A DNA stretch of 64,000 bases, from NCBI GenBank assembly GCA_963753085.1, contig CAVWBF010000025.1:7676-71675 (forward strand), read 5' to 3'. The notes under the pieces are model-generated. The model was not told the DNA's origin and made no database searches. It worked only from the letters and a program-made list of their open reading frames with translations. Shown here in pieces: positions 36,753 to 46,535 of this stretch (within the stretch, counting starts at the first letter, position 1; every line of letters starts with the position of its first letter). The stretch comes from an uncultured Spirochaetota bacterium (GTDB lineage: Bacteria; Spirochaetota; Spirochaetia; SZUA-6; Fen-1364). The position numbers were made by a program, and so were the translations under genes.

Positions 36753-37847
36753 CTACTCCATCATCCTGGCGAAGAAGAAGTGGTTCTTGTAGAGGTCCTT
36801 GTTCTCGTTGAGGACCACGCTGTGGACGATGGTGATCTGCCGCACCTCAGGCGGATGCCCGGATTCAAGGAGGTTCTCCAGGGTCTTCACCGCGTAATAC
36901 CCCTGGAGGATGGGGTTCTGGTAGATGACTGCCGTCAGAAGGTTCTTCCCCAGGAGGTGGTTCGAGGAGGAGTCCAGGTCATGGAGGACCGCAACCCGCC
37001 GGGCGCCCGACCGCCTCTCCAGGGCCCTGATGAACTGCGAGTTGTAGGCCGGGATCAGGTAGACTGCATCGAAACTTCCCTCCCTGGCTTTCAGGAGGTT
37101 CGCGATGTGGCCCTCCGCGTCGGGGGAGCGCATTCCTTTCGTGATGTGCGCCGTATCGTGAACGAGCCCGGGAAACTGCTTCTCCATGACCTCCCGAAAT
37201 CCCTCGTAGCGCAGCTTGTTGATGTCCGGCGCGCGCAAGGCCTCGCGGCTGTCCGGCAGCGTGGTCAGCACGAGCACGCGCGGGCTGCGTTTGAAGAGGA
37301 GCGTCTTGCCGATGTACTCGGCGGCAAGACCGCCGCCTGCCCGGTAGTCCGGGCCGATGTAGCACAGCCGTCCGCTCTCCGGCGCATCAACGTTCAGTGT
37401 CACGAAAGGCACACCCGCCCGAGTGATGCGGGAAATGATCTCATCCATCCTGTAGATCCACTGATTGACGAAGGCAATGGCCTCCACACCGTCGCGGATC
37501 TCCTCCTCCAGGAGCTGGAGGTACTGGCGGGAGTCCCTGTCCGCCACCATGTGGTAGTTGACCCGGTAGTCCAGGGCCTGGATCTGCTCCGCTGCAATGG
37601 AGATCCCCGTTCGGATGTCGTTCCAGAAGTACCGCGGCAGGGAGGATGAGAAAACGGCGATCTTGCGGACCTTGTTGCGCTTCAGGACCTGGGAGGCTTT
37701 GTGAGGCACGTAGCGCACCGCCCGGGCATACGCGAGGATCCGTCCCTTCAGGTCCTTGGACACGTACCCTGAGCTGTTGAGAGCCCTGTGCACGGTGATC
37801 AGGGGAAGATTCAGGGCGTTGGCGATCTCTTTCTGCGTTATTCCCAT
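36753..37847 (-). CDS. LacI-family transcriptional regulator
   Basis: ITQKEIANALNLPLITVHRALN HTH, hinge YVPHKASQVL and a periplasmic-binding-fold C-terminus. Confidence 0.88.
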   Translation of the reverse strand: MGITQKEIANALNLPLITVHRALNSSGYVSKDLKGRILAYARAVRYVPHKASQVLKRNKVRKIAVFSSSLPRYFWNDIRTGISIAAEQIQALDYRVNYHMVADRDSRQYLQLLEEEIRDGVEAIAFVNQWIYRMDEIISRITRAGVPFVTLNVDAPESGRLCYIGPDYRAGGGLAAEYIGKTLLFKRSPRVLVLTTLPDSREALRAPDINKLRYEGFREVMEKQFPGLVHDTAHITKGMRSPDAEGHIANLLKAREGSFDAVYLIPAYNSQFIRALERRSGARRVAVLHDLDSSSNHLLGKNLLTAVIYQNPILQGYYAVKTLENLLESGHPPEVRQITIVHSVVLNENKDLYKNHFFFARMME

Positions 37848-37875
37848 TGCCGCTTCGCATTCTGGCGCATCTTTG

Positions 37876-37913
37876 TTGACAGCGCTACTCCGGTATGATA
37901 AACGTACATCATA
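37876..37913 (+). promoter_or_regulatory. promoter and LacI-type operator for the ABC/GH31 operon
   Basis: TTGACA at 37876; CG-centred palindrome TATGAT-AAACGTAC-ATCATA (37894-37913) in the divergent gap. Confidence 0.65.
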
Positions 37914-37960
37914 TCCGGGCAGACCGCCCGCGAAAAGACCCCTCGAGAAGGAGGAAGGAA

Positions 37961-39190
37961 ATGAAGAGATATCTTCTGGCCGCGGCGTTCATTGTCGTGT
38001 GCGCCGCGCTGGTTTCCGGCCAGGGCAAGACCCTCAAGCTGTTTTTCTACAGCCCCGAGCTCACCGACCAGTACAACGATATGGCCAAGGCGTACCAGGC
38101 GGATACGGGGAACACCCTGGACATCACGGTGAACCAGGCGGACTATGTGACGCTCCTCAAGTCAAGGCTCAACTCCGGAGACATTCCTGATGTCTTCATG
38201 AGCAGCGCATACGCGGACAATTCGACGTACAAGGATTTCGTGTACGACCTGACGGACGCCGACTTCATCAAGCAGATCGAGCCTTCCGCGCTGTCCGGCG
38301 TCACGGTGAGCGGCCGGATCACCGGCTATCCCTTCCTGGTGCAGTCGCATTCCTTCATCTACAACAAGAAGGTCTTTGCTGACGCCGGCATCAAAACCCT
38401 GCCCCGGACCCTCGGTGAGTATGAGACGGTTGCTCGCAAGCTGCAGGCCCGCGGCCTCCAGCCGTTTGCCACGGGATACAAGGAGTGGTGGGTCCTGCCC
38501 CAGACCGCGTGGCAGGTGCTTGCGCCGGTGGGCCGCTCCTACGGCGGCTTCGCCGGCATGGTGGACAAGCTGAACAGCGGCGAGCTCAAGTTCAAGGACA
38601 TCAAGGGGATGAGCACCGTGTTCGACGTGCTGGACATGATCAAGAAGTACGGTGGCACCAAGCCCATGGAGTCGGACTTCAACGACCAGTGCTCGGCCCT
38701 TGCCACCGGCAAGGCGGCCATCATCCACCAGGGCAACTGGGCGGAAGACACCATCCGCAAGACCACCCCGGACATCGAAATCGGCTTCCTGCGGGGACCC
38801 GTGGCCGGCACTGCGAACGAAGCCGGGATCATGTATGACTCCAACCAGACCATCAGGGTGGCCAAGGACGGCCAGGTGGAGCTTGCCCTCTCATGGCTGA
38901 AGTGGCTGACCACCTCCGATTACGGAAAGACGTGGATACCGGACAAGATCAAGCAGATGTCACCCATCATCGGCGCGAAGGCCCCGGCGGCGCAGCTTGC
39001 CCAGGCCACTGCCGCCCTGCTTGCGGCCAGGGTCCCCAGCTATCCCTGGTATTACCAGATGTTTCCCAACGGGACGGAGCAGGGACTCGGCATCATCCTC
39101 CAGGGATACTGCGCGGGGCAGACCACCAGGAGCCAGACCCTGGACGCGCTTGACGCCAAGTACACCCAGATCGTGAACGCCTCCAAGTAG
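37961..39190 (+). CDS. oligosaccharide ABC transporter substrate-binding protein (MsmE-like)
   Basis: Signal MKRYLLAAAFIVVCAALVSG; SGDIPDVF, YNKKVFADAGI and ATGKAAIIHQGNW motifs; AGGAGG RBS. Confidence 0.9.
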   Translation: MKRYLLAAAFIVVCAALVSGQGKTLKLFFYSPELTDQYNDMAKAYQADTGNTLDITVNQADYVTLLKSRLNSGDIPDVFMSSAYADNSTYKDFVYDLTDADFIKQIEPSALSGVTVSGRITGYPFLVQSHSFIYNKKVFADAGIKTLPRTLGEYETVARKLQARGLQPFATGYKEWWVLPQTAWQVLAPVGRSYGGFAGMVDKLNSGELKFKDIKGMSTVFDVLDMIKKYGGTKPMESDFNDQCSALATGKAAIIHQGNWAEDTIRKTTPDIEIGFLRGPVAGTANEAGIMYDSNQTIRVAKDGQVELALSWLKWLTTSDYGKTWIPDKIKQMSPIIGAKAPAAQLAQATAALLAARVPSYPWYYQMFPNGTEQGLGIILQGYCAGQTTRSQTLDALDAKYTQIVNASK

Positions 39191-39211
39191 CGCGGGCTTC
39201 GGGCAAAGGAC

Positions 39212-39245
39212 AATGGCCGGGGGGCGTGGCTCCCCGGCCGTTTTG
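39212..39245 (+). terminator. stem-loop after the SBP gene
   Basis: AATGGCCGGGGG...TCCCCGGCCGTT stem followed by a short T-run. Confidence 0.55.
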
Positions 39246-39259
39246 AAAGGACGCGGTCC

Positions 39260-40153
39260 ATGACAGCTGGGCGCAGAAGGGCGCGCGTGCGGCGCGGCAT
39301 CGAGTTTCTCTGGATGACGGCCCCGGCCTTGATTGCAATCCTGCTCTTTGTCGAGATCCCCTTCCTGATGAGCATCACGTACTCCTTCACGAGGTGGAAC
39401 GGGCTCGACAAGGTCGCGAAGTTCATCGGACTGGCCAACTACAAGGAGCTTTTGACGGGCGACCCTGCCTTCGGCAGCTCCATGGCCTTTACCATCGTTT
39501 TCACTGTCCTCACGGTCGTGGCGATCAACGCCATTGCCCTCCTGCTCGCGGTGATCCTTGACATGAAGATTCGCGGGAAAAACGTCCTGCGGGCGGCATT
39601 CTACATCCCTAACATCATCAGCCTCATCGTCATCGGGTACGTGTGGCGGTTCATCTTCTCCCGGGGGTTCGACTCACTGGGCTCCCTCACCCACATGGGC
39701 ATCTTCCAGCTCAGCTGGCTGGGCGACACGCACCTGGTATTCTTCAGCGTGGTCCTCGTATCGGTGTGGCAGTCAATCGGGTTCTACATGGTGATTTACA
39801 TCGCAGGCCTGCAGACGGTGCCCCGCGAACAGCTTGAGGCGGCGGTGATCGACGGCACCAGCCCGACGAGCCGGTTTTTTCGAATCACGCTTCCCCTGAT
39901 CATGCCGTCGGTGACAGTGGCGGTCTTCTATTCCGTTTCGAACGCGCTCAAGACCTTTGACGTCATCTTCAGCCTGACGTTCGGCGGACCCGGGACCGCG
40001 TCAACGAGCATTGCCCTGGACATCTACAAAACCGCATTCAGCGATGATCGCTTCGGCTACGGATCAGCCAAATCGGTTGTTCTGTTTCTGCTCATCCTCG
40101 TGGTGACGGTCACCCAGCTCAACGCCTTCAAGCGCAGGGAGGTGCAGGCGTGA
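39260..40153 (+). CDS. carbohydrate ABC transporter permease (MalF/MsmF type)
   Basis: FIGLANY, YIAGLQTVP, EAAVIDG and TFGGPG motifs. Confidence 0.92.
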   Translation: MTAGRRRARVRRGIEFLWMTAPALIAILLFVEIPFLMSITYSFTRWNGLDKVAKFIGLANYKELLTGDPAFGSSMAFTIVFTVLTVVAINAIALLLAVILDMKIRGKNVLRAAFYIPNIISLIVIGYVWRFIFSRGFDSLGSLTHMGIFQLSWLGDTHLVFFSVVLVSVWQSIGFYMVIYIAGLQTVPREQLEAAVIDGTSPTSRFFRITLPLIMPSVTVAVFYSVSNALKTFDVIFSLTFGGPGTASTSIALDIYKTAFSDDRFGYGSAKSVVLFLLILVVTVTQLNAFKRREVQA

Positions 40154-40977
40154 GACGACCGCGCGGGGCCGCCGCAATTTCCCTCCTTATGGCTGTCATC
40201 GCCCTGGTGTATATCTACCCGTTGATCCTGGTGGCCATCAATTCCCTGAAGACCTTTGCCCAGATCATGGAGAACGTCATGGCGTTTCCTTCCCAGCCGC
40301 GCTGGGAGAACTTTGCAAATGCGTTCACCCTCATGCGATACCCCAACCTGTTCCTCAACACTCTCATCGTGACGTGCATGGGCACCGCGGGGGTCGTGCT
40401 CCTGGCATCTCTTGCCGGGTTCAAGCTTTCCCGCACGAAGACCCGCGTCAGCTGGTTCATCTTCCTCCTGTGCGTGGCGCCCATGATGATTCCTTTCCAT
40501 TCATTCATGATCGCGCTGGTGAAAGTGGCCAAGACCATCCACCTCACGAACTCCATCTGGGGCCTCGGCGTGGTCTACTGGGGACTCGGCGTCCCGCTTT
40601 CCCTTTTCATGTATCATGGGTTTGCCAAAACCGTGCCCACGGAGCTCGATGACTGCGCCGCTATTGACGGAGCGCGGCCTCTGCGGGCGTTCTTCCAGGT
40701 GACCTTTCCGCTGCTGCAGCCGGTGACTGTTTCCGTCATTGTGATCAACGCGATGTGGATGTGGAACGACTTTCTCCTGCCCCTTCTCATCCTGGGCGGA
40801 TCGAAGACGTCGCAGACCCTGCAGCTTGCCGCGTACAATTTCTTCGGACTGTACAAGATCGAATGGCAGAACGCCATGGCGGGCGTGCTCCTGACCATCA
40901 CGCCGGCAATCATTTTCTATCTGATCCTGCAGCGACACATCATCAAGGGCATGGTGGCCGGTGCGGTCAAAGGCTGA
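40150..40977 (+). CDS. carbohydrate ABC transporter permease (MalG/MsmG type)
   Basis: AAIDGA, WNDFLLPL and GMVAGAVKG motifs; GTGA overlap. Confidence 0.92.
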   Translation: MRRPRGAAAISLLMAVIALVYIYPLILVAINSLKTFAQIMENVMAFPSQPRWENFANAFTLMRYPNLFLNTLIVTCMGTAGVVLLASLAGFKLSRTKTRVSWFIFLLCVAPMMIPFHSFMIALVKVAKTIHLTNSIWGLGVVYWGLGVPLSLFMYHGFAKTVPTELDDCAAIDGARPLRAFFQVTFPLLQPVTVSVIVINAMWMWNDFLLPLLILGGSKTSQTLQLAAYNFFGLYKIEWQNAMAGVLLTITPAIIFYLILQRHIIKGMVAGAVKG

Positions 40978-40985
40978 GGAGACCC

Positions 40986-43307
40986 ATGAAGTTCACAAGC
41001 GGCTACTGGGGGCTCAGGGAAGGGGTGCGGCTGTTCACCCCGGCGGAGGCGCGAGATGTGCGCGTGGAGCCCTCCCAGCTGACGGTCTTTGCGCCGTGCA
41101 AACCCATCCGTCACCGGGGCGACACCCTGAACACACCGCAGCTCACGTTCACATTCACTTCCCCCCGCGAAGACGTGATCGCGTTGAACATCTGCCACTG
41201 GAAGGGCGGCCGAGTGCGCGGCCCTGCTTTCGACCTGCTTTCCGCTGAGGGCTTTGTCCCGCTGATCGAAAGCACCCCTGAGGCCGCCACCCTTACATCG
41301 GGACGGCTCTCCGTCCGGGTGGGCCTGACCGGGGAGTGGGCGGTGGATTTCTTCTTCGAGGGAAAGCGCATCACGGGAAGCGCAAAGGGGTCGGCTGGAT
41401 ACATCATGGATTCCGACGGGACTGCATACATGCGGGAGCAGCTTTCACTCGGGGTGGGGGAGTGCATCTACGGCCTCGGGGAGCGCTTCACGCCGTTCGT
41501 GAAGAATGGCCAGGCGGTGGAGATGTGGAACGAGGACGGCGGGACCTCGAGCGAGCTGGCCTACAAGAACATTCCCTTCTACCTGAGCAGCGCCGGCTAC
41601 GGCGTTCTTGTGGCTCATCCCGAGAAGGTCTCCTTCGAGATCGCCTCTGAGGTTGTCTCCCGCGCGCAGTTTTCCGTGCCCGGGGAGGAGCTGCAGTACT
41701 GCGTCATCGGCGCCTCCTCCCCGAAGGATGTGCTTCGCAGGTACACCGAGCTCACCGGGCGGCCCGCCCTTCCCCCCGCGTGGTCGTTCGGCCTGTGGCT
41801 CACCACGTCCTTCACGACCACCTACGACGAGGCCACGGTGAACAGCTTCATCGAGGGAATGAGGGAGCGCCGTGTCCCCCTCCATGTCTTCCACTTCGAC
41901 TGCTTCTGGATGAAGGAGTTCCAGTGGTGCGACTTCGAGTGGGACGCGGACCAGTTCCCTGACCCGCGGGCCACTCTGCAAAGATTGAAGGACAAGGGCC
42001 TGCGGATCAGCGTCTGGATCAATCCGTACGTCGCCCAGAAGTCACGCCTCTTCGACGAAGGGATGGAGAAAGGGTACCTCGTCAGGCGGCCTGATGGGAG
42101 CGTGTGGCAGTGGGACCGCTGGCAGGCGGGCATGGGCCTCGTGGATTTCACGAACCCCGATGCGGCCCGGTGGTTCCAGGACAAGCTCAGGAACCTTCTT
42201 GCCGCAGGAGTGGATTGCTTCAAGACTGACTTCGGAGAGCGTATCCCGACCGACGTGGTCTGGCACGACGGATCCGACCCCTTTCGGATGCACAACTATT
42301 ACACCTACCTGTACAACAGGACGGTGTTCGAGGTCCTGAGGGAAACGCGGGGAGAAGGGGACGCCCTCGTGTTCGCGCGCTCGGCTACGACGGGAAGTCA
42401 GAAGTTCCCCGTGCACTGGGGCGGCGACTCTTCCGCCACCTTCGAGTCCATGGCGGAAAGTCTCCGCGGGGGTCTTTCCCTCGGTCTTTCGGGGTTCGGG
42501 TTCTGGAGCCATGACATCAGCGGGTTCGAGAAGACCGCCACTCCGGACCTCTACCGGCGCTGGACTGCGTTCGGCCTGCTTTCCTCCCACAGCCGGCTTC
42601 ACGGAAACGAATCCTACCGGGTCCCCTGGCTCTTCGGGGAGGAGTCAACGGATGTCCTTCGGTTCTTCGTCCAGCTGAAATGCCGGCTCATGCCGTACCT
42701 CTTTGCCGCGGCCGCGGAGGCTTCTCGGGATGGAATCCCAATGATGCGCGCCATGGTCCTGGAGTTCCCGACGGATCCCGCCTGCGCATGGCTGGACAGG
42801 CAGTACATGCTCGGACCTTCGCTCCTGGTGGCCCCGGTCTTCAGCAGCGACGGGACGGTCTCCTACTACCTCCCTCCGGGCAGGTGGACGAGCCTTCTCA
42901 GCGGCAACGTGACGGAAGGGGGCTCGTGGCGGAAGGAAAGCCACGGGTACATGAGCCTTCCCCTCATGGTTCGGCCCGGCAGCGTCATCGCAATAGGGAC
43001 GAATGAGAGCAGGCCCGACTACGATTACGCCGATGGGGTCGTTTTCCACGCGTTCGAGCCCCTCGAGGGCGCCGAGAGCGCGGCCACGGTCACCTCTCCG
43101 GGGGGCCGTGAGGAAGCCACAGTCGGCGTGAGCCGTGAGGCAGGCGTACTGACCATCAGGAAAGAGGGCGTACGCAAGCCCTGGAGCGTCTGCCTCAGAA
43201 ACGTGACTGAAGTGAAGGCCGTTGAGAACGGGTCTTCTGAACGCCTTCCGGAGGGCACGCTGATTCTCCCGGCAAAAGGAGCTGAAAGAATAATCGTGAG
43301 ACTCTGA
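40986..43307 (+). CDS. yicI: alpha-xylosidase (GH31)
   Basis: MKFTSGYW start; YGLGERFT, WSFGLWLTTSF, nucleophile motif FKTDFGERIP, HWGGD and WSHDISGF. Confidence 0.93.
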   Translation: MKFTSGYWGLREGVRLFTPAEARDVRVEPSQLTVFAPCKPIRHRGDTLNTPQLTFTFTSPREDVIALNICHWKGGRVRGPAFDLLSAEGFVPLIESTPEAATLTSGRLSVRVGLTGEWAVDFFFEGKRITGSAKGSAGYIMDSDGTAYMREQLSLGVGECIYGLGERFTPFVKNGQAVEMWNEDGGTSSELAYKNIPFYLSSAGYGVLVAHPEKVSFEIASEVVSRAQFSVPGEELQYCVIGASSPKDVLRRYTELTGRPALPPAWSFGLWLTTSFTTTYDEATVNSFIEGMRERRVPLHVFHFDCFWMKEFQWCDFEWDADQFPDPRATLQRLKDKGLRISVWINPYVAQKSRLFDEGMEKGYLVRRPDGSVWQWDRWQAGMGLVDFTNPDAARWFQDKLRNLLAAGVDCFKTDFGERIPTDVVWHDGSDPFRMHNYYTYLYNRTVFEVLRETRGEGDALVFARSATTGSQKFPVHWGGDSSATFESMAESLRGGLSLGLSGFGFWSHDISGFEKTATPDLYRRWTAFGLLSSHSRLHGNESYRVPWLFGEESTDVLRFFVQLKCRLMPYLFAAAAEASRDGIPMMRAMVLEFPTDPACAWLDRQYMLGPSLLVAPVFSSDGTVSYYLPPGRWTSLLSGNVTEGGSWRKESHGYMSLPLMVRPGSVIAIGTNESRPDYDYADGVVFHAFEPLEGAESAATVTSPGGREEATVGVSREAGVLTIRKEGVRKPWSVCLRNVTEVKAVENGSSERLPEGTLILPAKGAERIIVRL

Positions 43308-43345
43308 AGCCTTCGATTGAGTATTTTTCACCTGACGGAGGCTCC

Positions 43346-43963
43346 ATGGGCACTCTCTCCAGAATTGGCTGGGTTCTTCTCCTCTTTGCCGCGTCGACTG
43401 CCGGCGCAGCAGGCTTCACCGTGTCATCTCCCGCGGTTTCCGGTCCGCCGGAGACGGGGTTCGACAGCGGGCTCAGCTCGGCCGGAAGGCTCGACGCGGT
43501 CTATGCCGCAAAAAGCGGCGGGCCGGCCAATCCCCGGTCATTTCCCTTCTCGTGGTCCAACATCCCCGCGGGGACGAAGGCCCTCGCGCTGATCCTGGAC
43601 GACCCGGATGCGCGGCTCATCCTTGCGTCCAGCGGGATCAAGGCGCCCTCTTTTCTCCACTGGATTGCGGCGGACATCGATCCCTCCCTTGGCGGGCTGC
43701 CGGCGAATGCTTCCTCCGAGATCCATTCCTTTGTGCAGGGAAAGAACGGCGCTGGACAGGTGGGCTACCGAGGCCCTCAACCGCCGTCGGATTTCCCGCC
43801 CGATACGGGCAAGCGGCTGATTCACGTTTATCGGCTGGCCCTGTACGCGCTTTCCTCCCCGACGGGGTTGTCGGAAGGCTTCAGCCTCGATGACCTGCGA
43901 AAGGCTATCAAGGACAAGGTGATCGGAGAGGCGCGCCTGAACATCAGCTACAGCAACGACTGA
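43346..43963 (+). CDS. secreted YbhB/YbcL (PEBP)-family protein
   Basis: Signal peptide; WSNIPAGTKALALILDDPDA, FLHW, GYRGPQPP and HVYRLALYAL motifs. Confidence 0.88.
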   Translation: MGTLSRIGWVLLLFAASTAGAAGFTVSSPAVSGPPETGFDSGLSSAGRLDAVYAAKSGGPANPRSFPFSWSNIPAGTKALALILDDPDARLILASSGIKAPSFLHWIAADIDPSLGGLPANASSEIHSFVQGKNGAGQVGYRGPQPPSDFPPDTGKRLIHVYRLALYALSSPTGLSEGFSLDDLRKAIKDKVIGEARLNISYSND

Positions 43964-44032
43964 GCACGGGCCCCGCTCGGAAAAACAGCGCCACCGCGGC
44001 TGAAAAGCCAGGCGCCCGCGGCTGGTACGGCT

Positions 44033-44980
44033 TTACGCCCTCTGCCCTCTCTGGCTGAACGCGCTCACGGCGAGGGAGACGATGATGAGCGCGCCAATGG
44101 CCACGTCCTGGAAATATGCGTTCACCTGGAGCATGTTCAGCGCGTTGGAGATGATCCCCGTCAGGAGCACACCGAAGAAGGTCCCGATGACCTTGCCCCT
44201 GCCTCCGGTCATGGGCGTTCCTCCGATGACCACGGCGCCGATGGCCTGAAGCTCGATCCCGCTTCCCGTGGAAGGCTGCGCGGCGCCTATCCGGGACAGG
44301 AGAAGCATGGCTGCCGCGCCCACGAGCAGGCCGTTGATGATGAAGAAGATAAGCTTGTTCAGGTTGATCGGGATGCCCGCCAGGTAGGTGGCCTGCGCGT
44401 TGCTGCCGATGGCAAAGGCCCTCCGCCCCAGCTTCATGTATTTCAGGATGAAGTGGATGACGAGGTACCCGGCGATGCTGATGATGAAAAGGAGCGGGAT
44501 GATGTTGAAGAACCTCTTTGTCCCGAGGAACTCGAACTTTCCGTAGATCAGCTGGAGCACGCCTTTCGTCAGGGCCAGGGCAATGCCGCGGAAGATCCCA
44601 ATGCAGGCCAGCGAGATGATGAACGACGGCGCCTTGAACAGGATGGAGCTTGCCCCGACGAAGAACGCGTTGAACGTGGCAAGGAGGATGCCGACGATGA
44701 CGGAGGGAGCGTAGCCATACCCGGCCTTGATCATCATGGCCATGATGCAGGCAGAGATGCCGATGTTCGCCCCGACGGATATGTCGAAGTTGCCCGAGAT
44801 CATGAGGAGGGTCGCCCCCGCTGCCACGAGGCCGAGCACGGACACCTGCTCCAGGATGTTTTCGATGTTGTTCAGCCCGAAGAATCGGGGGTTGATGAGA
44901 CCCGTCACGATGGCGAGGGCGGCCTCGACGACGAGGAGGAAAAACCACTGGCTGCGGAAAAGAGCGGCGGTTCTTTGCAT
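44033..44980 (-). CDS. monosaccharide ABC transporter permease (RbsC family)
   Basis: GNFDISVG, AIGSN and ELQAIGAVVIGGT motifs. Confidence 0.92.
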   Translation of the reverse strand: MQRTAALFRSQWFFLLVVEAALAIVTGLINPRFFGLNNIENILEQVSVLGLVAAGATLLMISGNFDISVGANIGISACIMAMMIKAGYGYAPSVIVGILLATFNAFFVGASSILFKAPSFIISLACIGIFRGIALALTKGVLQLIYGKFEFLGTKRFFNIIPLLFIISIAGYLVIHFILKYMKLGRRAFAIGSNAQATYLAGIPINLNKLIFFIINGLLVGAAAMLLLSRIGAAQPSTGSGIELQAIGAVVIGGTPMTGGRGKVIGTFFGVLLTGIISNALNMLQVNAYFQDVAIGALIIVSLAVSAFSQRGQRA

Positions 44981-44981
44981 G

Positions 44982-46463
44982 TCAGACTCCGATGAAGTGT
45001 TTGATAAGCGTCTCTTCCGTGATGCCGCGCCTGTCCAGGACGTGGGTGAGCCGGCCTCCCCGCATGACCCCGATGCGGTCGCTCATCGATATCAGCTCGG
45101 GCATGTCGGATGACACCATGATGATGCTCTTTCCCGCCTTTGCCAGCTCTACCATGAGCCGGAAGATCTCGGCGCGCGCCCCGACGTCCACGCCCTTGGT
45201 CGGCTCATCGAAGATGTACAGGGTGGCCTCGCTCAGGAGCCACCTCCCAATGACGGCTTTCTGCTGGTTTCCCCCGGAAAGCTCCGCGATGGTCTGGTTG
45301 TCCTGGTCGGTTACCGCGATCGAAAGGCGCTTCACCATCTCCCGCACACGCCTGCGCTCAGCGCCGAGGTTGAGGACGGGAGGCTCGTAGCGCTCGTTGT
45401 GAACGATGGCGATGTTCTCCGCCACGCTGCGGGGGGAGAACATGGCGAGCTTCTTCCTGTCCTCCGTGATGAGGCAGATGCCCGCCCGGACGGCATCGTA
45501 CGGGGAGCGGACGGTGATCCGCCGGCCGCCTATCAGGATCTCTCCGCTTTCTTTCCTGTCCGCGCCGAAGATCAGGTTCACCAGCTCGCTGCGGCCCGAG
45601 CCCACCAGCCCGCCGAGGCCGAAGATCTCCCCGGCGCGCACCTCGAAGCTCACGTCCTCCACGGCGCCCCGCCGGCCCAGGTGGCGCACCTCGACCTGCA
45701 CGGGTCCCGGCTCCACCGTCTCCTTGGTGTAGAAGAGGGATGCGTCCCTTCCCACCATCTTCCTGATGACGGTATCCAGGTCGATCTGCCCGATGGGGAA
45801 TGTGCCCATGCTCTCCCCGTCCTTGAGGATGGTGATCGTATCCCCGATCTCGAAGACCTCCTCCAGGTAGTGCGAGATGTAGATGATGCCGATCCCTTTT
45901 GCCTTGAGGTCCCGGATGAGACCCATCAGGGAGTTTGTCTCCTCGAGCCCCAGGGAGCTGGTCGGCTCGTCCATGATGATGATCCTGGCGTCCCGGTAGA
46001 GAGCCTTCAGGATCTGCAGCATCTGCTTCTGCGCGGTAGAGAGAGTCTCCACCACCGCGTCTTCCTTCAGGTTGAGGTGGAGGGACCGGATGAGCTCGCC
46101 CGCCTTCTCGTTCTGCGCCCGCGTGTCCACGACGAGCGGGAAACCGGCCGATTTCTCATCCCCGAGGAAGATGTTGTCCGCCACGGAGAGGCTTTCGATC
46201 AGCTCGGCCTCCTGGTAGACGGTGGAGACTCCCAGCTCGATGGCGCGCCGCGGCGTGAGGCCCTTGTACTCCGTCCCGCTCAGGAGGATGGCGCCTGACT
46301 CCGGGGTGATGGCGCCCGAGAGGATTTTGGTCAGGGTCGATTTGCCGGCCCCGTTCTCTCCGACCAGGCAGTGCACTTCCCCTTCTGCCAGCTCAAAGCT
46401 GACGTTGTTGAGCGCCCGGTGCTGGCCGTAGATTTTCGTGGCGTTGCGGATGGATGCTAACAC
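44982..46463 (-). CDS. monosaccharide ABC transporter ATP-binding protein (RbsA type)
   Basis: GENGAGKST, MDEPTSSL, LSGGNQQK and FDEPTKGVDVGA motifs; probable GTG start. Confidence 0.92.
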   Translation of the reverse strand: MLASIRNATKIYGQHRALNNVSFELAEGEVHCLVGENGAGKSTLTKILSGAITPESGAILLSGTEYKGLTPRRAIELGVSTVYQEAELIESLSVADNIFLGDEKSAGFPLVVDTRAQNEKAGELIRSLHLNLKEDAVVETLSTAQKQMLQILKALYRDARIIIMDEPTSSLGLEETNSLMGLIRDLKAKGIGIIYISHYLEEVFEIGDTITILKDGESMGTFPIGQIDLDTVIRKMVGRDASLFYTKETVEPGPVQVEVRHLGRRGAVEDVSFEVRAGEIFGLGGLVGSGRSELVNLIFGADRKESGEILIGGRRITVRSPYDAVRAGICLITEDRKKLAMFSPRSVAENIAIVHNERYEPPVLNLGAERRRVREMVKRLSIAVTDQDNQTIAELSGGNQQKAVIGRWLLSEATLYIFDEPTKGVDVGARAEIFRLMVELAKAGKSIIMVSSDMPELISMSDRIGVMRGGRLTHVLDRRGITEETLIKHFIGV

Positions 46464-46484
46464 TGCGCGTTCCAGGCGTCTTGC

Positions 46485-46521
46485 AAAAAAGCGCCGCGCG
46501 GGATTTCCCACGCGGCTTTTT
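46485..46521 (-). terminator. intrinsic terminator-like stem-loop between the SBP and ATPase genes
   Basis: Minus strand GCCGCGTGGGA-AA-TCCCGCGCGGC followed by GCTTTTTT, with A/T runs on both sides. Confidence 0.65.
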
Positions 46522-46535
46522 CGCCTTGAGAGATC

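Noticed and set aside
40755-40985. Apparent N-terminal extension of the GH31 enzyme
   Set aside because: It overlaps the permease in another frame; a GAGGAG RBS and the YicI-like start MKFTSGYW are at 40986.
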